Positions 26,364 to 34,972 of a DNA stretch of 38,659 nucleotides are shown here, piece by piece. The DNA lies in NCBI GenBank assembly GCA_964530955.1, contig CAZHCL010000008.1, positions 1 to 38,659 of the forward strand, written 5' to 3'. A model generated the notes under the pieces. It was given only the letters and a program-made list of their open reading frames with translations, did no database searches and was not told the origin of the DNA. The position numbers and the translations under genes are program-made. The stretch's first letter is position 1; each line of letters begins with the position of its first letter. The DNA is from Candidatus Woesearchaeota archaeon (lineage in GTDB: Archaea > Nanobdellota > Nanobdellia > Pacearchaeales > GW2011-AR1).

Positions 26364-26768
26364 TCACTTTTTAGGCAATATTTTAGCTATTAAATCCGAA
26401 TTAACCCGAAAACTTCTCAGTTGTTGTCTTGCACTTTGTGTGCTTCCAAAATTATTATATTCATTTACTCTTTCTCTAATATCATAAAACAAATCTCTTA
26501 CTCTCTTTTCTCCTGTATAAGCGGCAAGATTCACATTTTCTCTCCCAATTTTTATTAACTGAACTGAAACATTGTCTAATCTAACATCCCCTTTTCCCGT
26601 TACTCGGCCTTCATTGTCTCCACATAAATAAAAAGTTAGATTATCCATAGGCATAGCAAAAGTAAGGGTCTCTTTTGTTGAATGAAAATCATGCCTCCAT
26701 CTGTCAGAAGGGATATGCCTCACCAAATAAGTCAATTCATCGAATGTTAGGATACTCTTATTTACCAT
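26364..26768 (-). CDS. hypothetical protein
   Basis: 134-aa ORF between gltX and the rpoH promoter; no motif recognised. Confidence 0.7.
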   Translation of the reverse strand: MVNKSILTFDELTYLVRHIPSDRWRHDFHSTKETLTFAMPMDNLTFYLCGDNEGRVTGKGDVRLDNVSVQLIKIGRENVNLAAYTGEKRVRDLFYDIRERVNEYNNFGSTQSARQQLRSFRVNSDLIAKILPKK

Positions 26769-26815
26769 ATAGAAAATCCTAGTATCTCTTATTTAAACCT
26801 ATCATAAATAGAATC

Positions 26816-28468
26816 CTATTTATGCGTAAACCAGAATTCGTCTTTTCCCCTAGCTTTCCTATCGCATCTTGCAAATCCAAACCTTTCAAACTGGACAACT
26901 TCATTTTCTTTTACTTTATCTATTGCTTCTTCGGCCAATCCATCCATCCATTTTCCATCAGGCATTAATATTGAAATTTCTTGGCCTTCTGAAACCCAGT
27001 TTATCTTTGCTATATCCCTATTTTCAGTAGAGGTAAATTCTGCCTCTGGCTTACTTTTATTCAATTTAATATTATAAAGGTGAAGAAGTCTTATCTCCTT
27101 TCCTTTAAATTCATCAAAATCAGATTTAGATATAAAAAATTTATCTGAAATTTCAACTTCTCTTCTTTCCTTGCTGCTTGGATGTATAGGTATTTCGGCT
27201 TGTTCAATGGAAGGAGGATTTTTTATTTTGATCTCAATAGGATTTTGCACAAAAGAATATCTCCTAGCAATAGAGTCAATTAAAGAACGATTAATTGATT
27301 CCATAACAGTAGGATTTATGTGTCCTCCGCTTTTTGACATCCCAACTGTTTTTGACATCTGCTGGAACATCTCTGGCACAAAGCCCCTTCTTTTCATTGC
27401 TCTGACAGTAACAAGTCGAGGGTCGTCCCATCCAGTTATTTCTTTTTTCTCAATAAGCTCTCTTATAACTCTTCCTTGAGTTTCCGCTCCGGTAATTTGA
27501 TATCTTCCAATCTCTCTTACTATGGGCATTTTCAATTTCAAAAGTGAAAGTATTTTTTCATGAAGCTCAGCTCTAAGCTCAAATTCCTTGCTTCTTATTA
27601 CATGAGTCACACCTTGAAGAGAATCCTCAACCGGACTTTCAAAATCATACATCGGCCAGACACAATATTTATTTTTCTGGATAAAATGAGGATAGAAAGA
27701 TATCCTGAATAAAACAGGGTCCCTCATTACTCCATTATCAGATTTCATATCTCCCTTAAGCCTGAGAGTTCTCTCTCCCTCCTTGAAATTTCCATCCAGC
27801 ATAGATTTCCATTCTTTAATGTTCAATTCTTTTTTATTTTTTCTACATGGACAAGCTTTCATCTTCTCCCTCAAATCTTTCATTACTTCATGAGTGCAAG
27901 AACAAACAAATGCATCATCTTTCTTGATAAGTTTTTCAGCGCATTCGTACATTTCTTTCATATTATCTGATGCAATTATTTCTTTATCCCATTTTATTCC
28001 CAGCCAGGACAAATCTTCTTTAATGGAATTGTAAAATTCAAGAGTGGATTTTTCAGGATTAGTATCGTCAAATCTTAGTATACACTTTCCATTGTATTTT
28101 TTTGCATAAAAATACTGGATAAGAAAAACAAGTGCATGCCCTATATGGCTGTATTTGGAAGGTTCAGGAGTAATTCTAGTTACAACTTTTCCTTGAACAG
28201 CACCTTCAAGCTCAGGCAATTCACCTTCTTGTCTGACATCTTTCTCCTTAACATATTTATCATATTTTTCAAGTTCTTTTTCAAGTTCTTCTTTTTTCAG
28301 GGAATTAACTTTGCTAATTATCTCCCGTACCTTAGACATTACTTTTTTTATATCTTTTTTCTCAAGACCATGCTGAAAAAGCTTTGGTAATATTCTAGAA
28401 ACATCTGCCTTCCCATGTTCAAGAGCATTTTTAAGTGAATATGCCCATATTTCATTATCAAGATTCAT
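26816..28468 (-). CDS. gltX: glutamyl-tRNA synthetase, archaeal type
   Basis: Archaeal N-terminal helical domain, PEPS..SHIGH, RFDDTNPE, WPMYDF, THVIRSKEF, GWDDPRL; start set at MNLDNEI. Confidence 0.95.
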   Translation of the reverse strand: MNLDNEIWAYSLKNALEHGKADVSRILPKLFQHGLEKKDIKKVMSKVREIISKVNSLKKEELEKELEKYDKYVKEKDVRQEGELPELEGAVQGKVVTRITPEPSKYSHIGHALVFLIQYFYAKKYNGKCILRFDDTNPEKSTLEFYNSIKEDLSWLGIKWDKEIIASDNMKEMYECAEKLIKKDDAFVCSCTHEVMKDLREKMKACPCRKNKKELNIKEWKSMLDGNFKEGERTLRLKGDMKSDNGVMRDPVLFRISFYPHFIQKNKYCVWPMYDFESPVEDSLQGVTHVIRSKEFELRAELHEKILSLLKLKMPIVREIGRYQITGAETQGRVIRELIEKKEITGWDDPRLVTVRAMKRRGFVPEMFQQMSKTVGMSKSGGHINPTVMESINRSLIDSIARRYSFVQNPIEIKIKNPPSIEQAEIPIHPSSKERREVEISDKFFISKSDFDEFKGKEIRLLHLYNIKLNKSKPEAEFTSTENRDIAKINWVSEGQEISILMPDGKWMDGLAEEAIDKVKENEVVQFERFGFARCDRKARGKDEFWFTHK

Positions 28469-28505
28469 TGTAAGATAAAATAGCATTCTTATTTAAATCT
28501 TCTTT

Positions 28506-28916
28506 TCATCCAATAATTTTCTCTTCAAACTTGCCCATTTTTGACTCAACAAGAGAAAGCTTCTCAAGCAACTGGGAAAGTTTATACTCGAGGTCATCTA
28601 TTTTTATTTTCAGCGCATTCATCTCAACACCATCAGATTGAATGTTTGAAGTTGAAGGATAACCTGAGGAAGACAAATTATCAGAAGTAGAAGAGGAACT
28701 CTGCGCCAAGCTATCAAGAAATCCAAAAGGATTCGAATTTGAGTTATCCGTACTTACTGGGGGAATAGAATTATTTGCAGTAGAAGTAAGGTCAATCATT
28801 CCAGCCGAATCTACTTTAAATCCGGGCTTAACTCTTTCAGTCTTTTTGATGAAACCTTTTTTTTGAAGTAGAGTATAATCAATAGTTTCAACACCCTTTT
28901 TTCCCAATAATCCCAT
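28506..28916 (-). CDS. hypothetical protein, Ser-rich linker and C-terminal coiled coil
   Basis: IDYTLLQKKG N-terminus, NPFGFLDSLA short motif, LKIKIDDLEYKLSQLLEKLSLVE heptads. Confidence 0.7.
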   Translation of the reverse strand: MGLLGKKGVETIDYTLLQKKGFIKKTERVKPGFKVDSAGMIDLTSTANNSIPPVSTDNSNSNPFGFLDSLAQSSSSTSDNLSSSGYPSTSNIQSDGVEMNALKIKIDDLEYKLSQLLEKLSLVESKMGKFEEKIIG

Positions 28917-29009
28917 AACCAATAGAGATTTTCATTTTATTTAAAGGTTTCCAGATAAGCTTTAAATAAAGCCTTTTCTTCTATAAATTAACATAAAAAG
29001 AGAGAAAAC

Positions 29010-30590
29010 ATGGCAGTAAACATACATAATCTTATTGGGGCAATCTGTCCAGACGTTTATTGCGTCAGCTCCACAGAAGTTGATGGCGAAAAAGTAGAAG
29101 TAAGGGACGAAGTAAAAAAAATAGCTAAAGAAAAGGGATATCTCGCAGCCTCAGAGAAAGTTAAACTTGTGGAAGGGGGTGTGCTTAATGACGATACTAT
29201 CTATCACACAAATCCATTCAAAACACCCGGACTTAAAAGTCCAATGGAAAAGCATACATTAATCTATGATTCTTTCGGTCAAAATTTAGAGCCTATTTAT
29301 TTCTGGATTCTTGACAAGTTGGCTGACCAGGATTTCAGACAGGTAGATAAATTAATTGATAATTTTATTTCTTCTCCTGGTTCAGGTCATTTTTCAGAGT
29401 TGGGGCAGAAAGCCACGAAAATGCAGGAAGAAGGAATGAAAATGTTAGGAGCTGCAAATAACGTAGTTAAGTCAATTTTGACTCTTACCTATGATTTAAA
29501 AGAATTTAAGACTAGGCTTGATTTATATGACGAGTATAATAAAAACAAGGATGAACAAAAGAGGGCTGCTCTTTTATCTCTGAAGCAGATATGGATGGAT
29601 ACGGTAGACACCAAAAGAAGTACAACTGCTCTGAAGGCCCTTGCTCAGCAGTTCCAATACGTAACATTAATAGATGCATTCATGGCTGCAGAGTCTCTAG
29701 AGGATGTAGAAAAAAAATTAGACTTAAACGATAGAGTTAAAAGAATATTGAGCCAAAGATTAAATGAGTTCTTTTTTTGGATAACTGAATCCGAGAGAGA
29801 GTTGCGTAAAAGATATGAAATTGAAAAGACCTATCTAAGAAGTCAGGTCAATACAGTTTATCTTTACGCAAAGTGGGCGAAACCCTATCTTAAGGCAGCC
29901 AGGCAGCTTGAACAAAGAGCATCTCCAACTGCTGCTCTTGTAACCGTTTTCAACACTACTCTTTTTGAGCTGGCCCTAATGGGACAGGGAGAGTATGATC
30001 CTCAGAAAGATATTGACAAGGGAGACTTGCCCGATGTTTTCAAAGGCAAAAAATTGAGAAAATATATTCCTATTATGATTGTAGAATTCAATTTCAGAAG
30101 CGTACCTGAGAGGGCAGGACAACAAGGTTATGGTTTCAGAGGCAGAGTTGAACTTAATTTTACAAGTTATGCGTTAAGTAAGGATGAAGTTAAAATATTG
30201 AAAGATGAAATTCAGAAAGACGATATGGATGATGTATTCAAGCTTATAGAAGGAGCAACAACAGATAGTCTTGAGCAGATAAAAGGAGATATAGATTATT
30301 TCTTGAAAGATTTAGACAAAGAGTCAGATTCAAAGGACAAAAAAGAAAAAAAAGATGAAGATGATTACAATGATCCTTTTTCAGCCCTCTTTTTTCCCAT
30401 TATTAATTTGCTCAAAGGTAAGAAAAAGAAAGATAAAAAAGATTCTGGAAAGGATGAGAAGAGCAAGGAAATAAAACCTGATGCGGATCTAGAAAAGGTC
30501 TTGCGCTCTCAGGCCATAATTAAGGCTAGGCAGGAATGCAAGAAGATGTACGGCGTTTATAAAAAAGAACATGAAATGCCTGCGTTCTGA
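29010..30590 (+). CDS. hypothetical all-helical protein, 526 aa
   Basis: Long ORF with LEPIYFWILD, SPGSGHF and LYAKWAKPYL motifs; function unknown. Confidence 0.85.
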   Translation: MAVNIHNLIGAICPDVYCVSSTEVDGEKVEVRDEVKKIAKEKGYLAASEKVKLVEGGVLNDDTIYHTNPFKTPGLKSPMEKHTLIYDSFGQNLEPIYFWILDKLADQDFRQVDKLIDNFISSPGSGHFSELGQKATKMQEEGMKMLGAANNVVKSILTLTYDLKEFKTRLDLYDEYNKNKDEQKRAALLSLKQIWMDTVDTKRSTTALKALAQQFQYVTLIDAFMAAESLEDVEKKLDLNDRVKRILSQRLNEFFFWITESERELRKRYEIEKTYLRSQVNTVYLYAKWAKPYLKAARQLEQRASPTAALVTVFNTTLFELALMGQGEYDPQKDIDKGDLPDVFKGKKLRKYIPIMIVEFNFRSVPERAGQQGYGFRGRVELNFTSYALSKDEVKILKDEIQKDDMDDVFKLIEGATTDSLEQIKGDIDYFLKDLDKESDSKDKKEKKDEDDYNDPFSALFFPIINLLKGKKKKDKKDSGKDEKSKEIKPDADLEKVLRSQAIIKARQECKKMYGVYKKEHEMPAF

Positions 30591-30596
30591 AGAAAA

Positions 30597-31133
30597 ATGG
30601 TAAAAAAACAAAAACAGAAGATAGTAAAAATTACAGAAATAGCTCCGAGAATAAAAGAAATAAATTCAAAATCAGGTTCAGTCAAGGAAAATAAAAAGGA
30701 AAGCAGGTTGGAGGTTGAAGTTGAAGATATGCCTATTTCAAGTGAAAGTTTTTCATCAGTTTCAAATGTTTCTCCAGCCCCAAATCTAGTTTTAAAATCA
30801 GATGAACCTGAACAGATAATTGAAAGACCTCTTCCTGCTCCAGTGCAGCAAAGACCTGAGCCAGAATTTAGCCAGACAAGAACTTACACTACAAGGCCTC
30901 AATTCGAGGATTTTGAAAGAGCTAATAGAAGGTATGTTTCTCCAGAAGAATCCGTAAGAAGAATTGACCCAACCATTACTTCTTCAAGCGTTGCCTTCAG
31001 TTCTGAAAATCAAAGTCTTAATTTTGGAAATCGTCAGGCTTCGGCAAAAGAGTCAATGCCCGAAAGAGATTATTCAGAATCTCTCTCACAGCAACAGGAT
31101 AAGCCAAAGCGTAAATATCCCTGGGAAGCTTAA
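30597..31133 (+). CDS. hypothetical, probably intrinsically disordered protein
   Basis: S/E/P/R-rich 178 aa ending in KRKYPWEA; 6 bp after the upstream stop. Confidence 0.7.
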   Translation: MVKKQKQKIVKITEIAPRIKEINSKSGSVKENKKESRLEVEVEDMPISSESFSSVSNVSPAPNLVLKSDEPEQIIERPLPAPVQQRPEPEFSQTRTYTTRPQFEDFERANRRYVSPEESVRRIDPTITSSSVAFSSENQSLNFGNRQASAKESMPERDYSESLSQQQDKPKRKYPWEA

Positions 31134-31198
31134 ACGTAAAATGTTATTCCCGTTAGGTAACATTTAAATAAATCTTTTTTCTCCTTATATAGGTTAAA

Positions 31199-33052
31199 AT
31201 GGGAGGATATAATAATTTTTATAAGGGTGCAGATTATGGCTTTGAGGCAAAATATGATGACGAATTTCTTGGCATGGATTACCGAGCGCCTGCGGGAAAT
31301 GTAAGCCTTGCCACAAATCCTTTTACAGCCAATCAATTGCAGGAAGTTACAACCAAGCTTAACACAGGAGCAAAATCTCTTGAAGTGAATATGGCCTTCG
31401 TTGACCCTCAACAGGGAGCCATAGCAGAATCAATTCCCAATCAACATTTAGAAGAGTTAAATAGATTGAGAAAGCTTGTGGGCGCAGAGTTCACAGTTCA
31501 CGGGGCATTAATTGAGCCAACAGGTATTGTGAGGAATAATTGGGACGATACTCATAGGCAGCAGGCAGAAAGGCAGATGTGGACTAGCTTGGAAAGAGCT
31601 AAGCTTGTTGTAGGTAAAGAAGAGAAAAATAATGTGGTTGTTACATTTCACTCTAGCAATGGACTTCCAGAGCCAGAAACTTTTGTAGTAGACGAAAGAA
31701 CTGGGCAACCAGTGAAAACAGGAATCTGGGTAGTAGACGAAAGAACTGGGCAGTTTTCATCAATACCTGCAAGGGATAATCCTCTTCTTGGAAAAAAAGC
31801 AGATCCTTATTTGGAATTAGAAGAGCAAAATAAAAAAAATTGGGAAACTCAGTTAAGTCAAGCGGCTTTTCATGCTCATGCGGGTAGTGAAGCAATATCT
31901 AACACTCTCAGATCTTTGAAAGACAAGGAAATGCCTGATAAAATGAATGACCAGTCAATTATTAATTTATATAAAGATTCAAAAACAGAAACTGGAAGAA
32001 ATAATATAAATAATCTATCGCCAGAAACAAAGAAAGCATTAGATGGAGTTTTTCATGACCTTAATTATGGAGAGAGCCATGTAAACAGTGGGTATAATGA
32101 TTTGCAGACTCTTTTTAATCAGGCATGGAGTGCTATTGAGAAAGATAAAAAAGCAAAACCTGAAGATATGAAGAAGCTTGAAAGATTCAGAGAAGAAGTG
32201 CAAAAAAATCAGGAAGAAATTGGAAAGGACCTAAATAAACGTACAGAAATAGTTCTTAAGGGATTCGATGTTTTAAACTCAATTACGGCCCCCAATACAA
32301 TCAAGCCACTGAAAGAATTTGCCATTGATAAGGCATCAGACACATTTTCTAATCTTGCCATGAGATCATATAATAAATTTCATGAAAACTCTCCAGTCAT
32401 AAGTATTGAGAATCCTCCTGCCGGTTCAGGGCTTAATAGAGCAGAAGATATTAAAGCACTAATAGAAATGTCGAGAGATAAATTTGTCGAAAAAGCAAAA
32501 GCAGAGGGAATGTCCGAATCTCAGGCAAAGGAAAACGCTGAGAAAATTATTGGAGCCACCTGGGACCTAGGTCACATAAATATGATTAGGAAGTTTGGTT
32601 TTGATGAAAAACAACTTGAAAAGGAAACGAAAGCAATTGCTCCCTATGTCAAGAATATACACTTATCTGACAATTTCGGAATGGAGCATACAGAACTTCC
32701 AATGGGTATGGGAAACGTCCCAACAAAGATGCATCTTAATTTGCTTAACAAATATAATGATTCTTTCAAAAAATTAAAGCAGGTTATTGAAGCAGGAAAC
32801 TGGTACACTCAATTTAAGACAACTCCCTTCGGAGAAACTTTGTCTGCTTTAGGTTCTCCCATATATTCAATGCAGTTAGCCCCTGCCTGGAATCAAACCT
32901 ATGGTCGTACATCTACTCCCTATTTCGCAGGCTACGGACTTAATCCTGAAATTCATCATTCTATATACGGCGCAGGATTTACTACTCTTCCTCTTGAGCT
33001 TGGAGGGCAAGTCGCTGGCAGAAGCAGGTTTTCTGGCACAGCAATGGAGTAG
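31199..33052 (+). CDS. xylose-isomerase-like/AP-endonuclease-2 TIM barrel protein with a large helical insertion
   Basis: Metal-ligand strands TVHG, TFHSS, SIEN, TWDLGH, IHLSDN, VIEAG; about 200-aa insert between TFH and SIEN. Confidence 0.8.
   Translation: MGGYNNFYKGADYGFEAKYDDEFLGMDYRAPAGNVSLATNPFTANQLQEVTTKLNTGAKSLEVNMAFVDPQQGAIAESIPNQHLEELNRLRKLVGAEFTVHGALIEPTGIVRNNWDDTHRQQAERQMWTSLERAKLVVGKEEKNNVVVTFHSSNGLPEPETFVVDERTGQPVKTGIWVVDERTGQFSSIPARDNPLLGKKADPYLELEEQNKKNWETQLSQAAFHAHAGSEAISNTLRSLKDKEMPDKMNDQSIINLYKDSKTETGRNNINNLSPETKKALDGVFHDLNYGESHVNSGYNDLQTLFNQAWSAIEKDKKAKPEDMKKLERFREEVQKNQEEIGKDLNKRTEIVLKGFDVLNSITAPNTIKPLKEFAIDKASDTFSNLAMRSYNKFHENSPVISIENPPAGSGLNRAEDIKALIEMSRDKFVEKAKAEGMSESQAKENAEKIIGATWDLGHINMIRKFGFDEKQLEKETKAIAPYVKNIHLSDNFGMEHTELPMGMGNVPTKMHLNLLNKYNDSFKKLKQVIEAGNWYTQFKTTPFGETLSALGSPIYSMQLAPAWNQTYGRTSTPYFAGYGLNPEIHHSIYGAGFTTLPLELGGQVAGRSRFSGTAME
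31685..31752 (+). repeat. 23-bp perfect direct repeat inside the TIM-barrel gene
   Basis: GTAGTAGACGAAAGAACTGGGCA at 31685-31707 and 31730-31752 (period 45 bp, VVDERTGQ twice). Confidence 0.95.
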
Positions 33053-33091
33053 TAAAAATTAAAAAGCAATTAATGCTTAAACTAAGATAAA

Positions 33092-33922
33092 ATGATTGAA
33101 AAAAAAGAAAAAGATAAGGAAGAACTTTCTGTTCCTGAAAGAGCTACAAGTTCTGAAAAGGATATCGCCATGGGTTTTGCTCTAGATGTGCACAAAAAAT
33201 TTGATAGGTTGATTAAGGCATCTGTTTTGTTTGGCTCACAGGTAAAAGGAAGTGCAACAGCTACTTCAGATATAGATATTATTCTTGTTGTCGATGATGC
33301 TTCCATAAATTGGGATATGGAACTTATTGCCTGGTATAGAGAAGAGCTTGCAAAGATAATTTCTGGAAATAAATATGCACAAGAACTTCATATAAACACA
33401 ATAAAATTATCAACCTGGTGGCAAGATTTGCTTTACGGAGATCCTGTTGTAATAAATATCCTAAGATATGGAGAAGTTCTAATAGACATAGGGGGTTTTT
33501 TCAATCCTCTCAAGTCTTTGCTTTTGCAGGGAAAAATACGTTCCACTCCAGAAGCAGTTTATGCTGCTTTGCAAAGAGCACCTAATCACTTAGCAAGGAG
33601 CAAAGCTTCCCAGTTGGGAGCGATTGAAGGAGTTTACTGGACATTTATCGATGCTGCGCAGGCTGCATTGATAACAGCAGGAAAAATGCCTCCAAGTCCT
33701 GAACATATTCCATTCATGCTAAAGCAAACATTTGTAGACAAAAAGATGCTTGACCTTGATTATGTAAGAGCCATAAAAGATATCTATACTTTACATAGAG
33801 GAATAGTTCATGGAGACATAGTTAACATAAAGGGCTCAGATATCGATGCCTGGCAATTAAAAGCAGAAAAGTTCTTGCAAGAAATTACTGGTTTAATTTC
33901 AAGAATGATTGAATCAGGTTAA
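33092..33922 (+). CDS. Pol-beta-type nucleotidyltransferase fused to a HEPN-like domain
   Basis: LFGS.VKG.....SDIDIILVVDD; C-terminal four-helix domain with AAQAAL...G..P.SP.H and HRGIVHG. Confidence 0.8.
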   Translation: MIEKKEKDKEELSVPERATSSEKDIAMGFALDVHKKFDRLIKASVLFGSQVKGSATATSDIDIILVVDDASINWDMELIAWYREELAKIISGNKYAQELHINTIKLSTWWQDLLYGDPVVINILRYGEVLIDIGGFFNPLKSLLLQGKIRSTPEAVYAALQRAPNHLARSKASQLGAIEGVYWTFIDAAQAALITAGKMPPSPEHIPFMLKQTFVDKKMLDLDYVRAIKDIYTLHRGIVHGDIVNIKGSDIDAWQLKAEKFLQEITGLISRMIESG

Positions 33923-33930
33923 TCTATCTT

Positions 33931-34821
33931 TTATTCTTTCTTGCTTTTAGCTTGATAAGAGGTATATGCTCCATATAGTCTATTAGTCATTTCAGTGAAT
34001 TCCTGTGTTCCTGCACTTGAAAGCTTGGTAATTGCTCCTCTAACTGCTTTAAAGATATCATTTCCGCCATTTTCTTTAACTAATTCATCATATTCTTTTT
34101 GAGCCTTATCTAGTCTAAGTTGAGCGCCAGCCATAGCATATCTGCTTATCTCTTCTTCTTTGACGTGACCAAGCTGGACTGCTCTTTCAGCAATAGGTCT
34201 TATAGATTCTATAAAGTCATCACTTCTTTTATCCTGAGGAAGTTTTCCGCTCTTAACTTTTTCTCTAAGAGCCTTAACTTCATCCTCACCTTTTCCTCTT
34301 ATTGCATCGGAAACGTACATCTTCTCTTCATCATTACTTGTAAACTTTCTTGATTCCCATCTTTCTTTCTGGTCTTTTAGACGGACAACAGTTACATATT
34401 TTTGGAAGACAGGAATATCGCTTTCACTCATATTGCCTAGAATTAAAGGATTTTTAGAAGAGGCTTCAGATAATACTAAATCCTCAAGAACTCCAGTTGG
34501 AATCTGATTAGTAAGAGTGCCGATATTATCTCTGTGGAATAAACCTGAATATCCTTCTTCATTATCAGTCCTAATCATTCCAGCAAAATCAGAAATTTGT
34601 TTTTTATCTTTAAAGTCTTCTCTTTTTACATTTGCCACAAGACTTGGGTGGTTTGCAGAAGCATAATCGTAAGTAATTCCTCTTAATTTGTCAAAAGCAG
34701 GGCCTCTGAATTCAGGTCTTGTATCTTTTGTAGCCGTATTCACAACTTCTCCTAGTTCTTCGATTGTTCCTTTTCTAGCAACGAATTCCTCGAAAAGCTT
34801 TGGTTCTTGTTTTTCTGCCAT
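33931..34821 (-). CDS. hypothetical helical protein
   Basis: 296-aa ORF with an upstream GCGAAAGA-TTTAAATA promoter; no motif recognised. Confidence 0.75.
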   Translation of the reverse strand: MAEKQEPKLFEEFVARKGTIEELGEVVNTATKDTRPEFRGPAFDKLRGITYDYASANHPSLVANVKREDFKDKKQISDFAGMIRTDNEEGYSGLFHRDNIGTLTNQIPTGVLEDLVLSEASSKNPLILGNMSESDIPVFQKYVTVVRLKDQKERWESRKFTSNDEEKMYVSDAIRGKGEDEVKALREKVKSGKLPQDKRSDDFIESIRPIAERAVQLGHVKEEEISRYAMAGAQLRLDKAQKEYDELVKENGGNDIFKAVRGAITKLSSAGTQEFTEMTNRLYGAYTSYQAKSKKE

Positions 34822-34972
34822 TTTGTTTTTTTGTGTTTGTAAGTGTTTTTACTTAATTTCTATAGGCCAAAAGAGTATTTAAATCTTTCGCTTGTTGTAT
34901 CTACAGGGTAGTAACATAATCTTTCATAAAAAATACATAACAATAAATAAAAATGGTCAATGAAATAACTAA

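Noticed and set aside
27943-27954. 12-nt match (ATTCGTACATTT) to the R1/R2 trailer inside gltX
   Set aside because: The gltX mRNA carries the same sense as the trailer, so it cannot pair; a 12-mer is plausible by chance in AT-rich DNA; no tRNA 3' half follows.
31685-31752. Diversity-generating retroelement TR/VR pair
   Set aside because: Copies are short and identical with no adenine-specific mismatches, and no reverse transcriptase is present.
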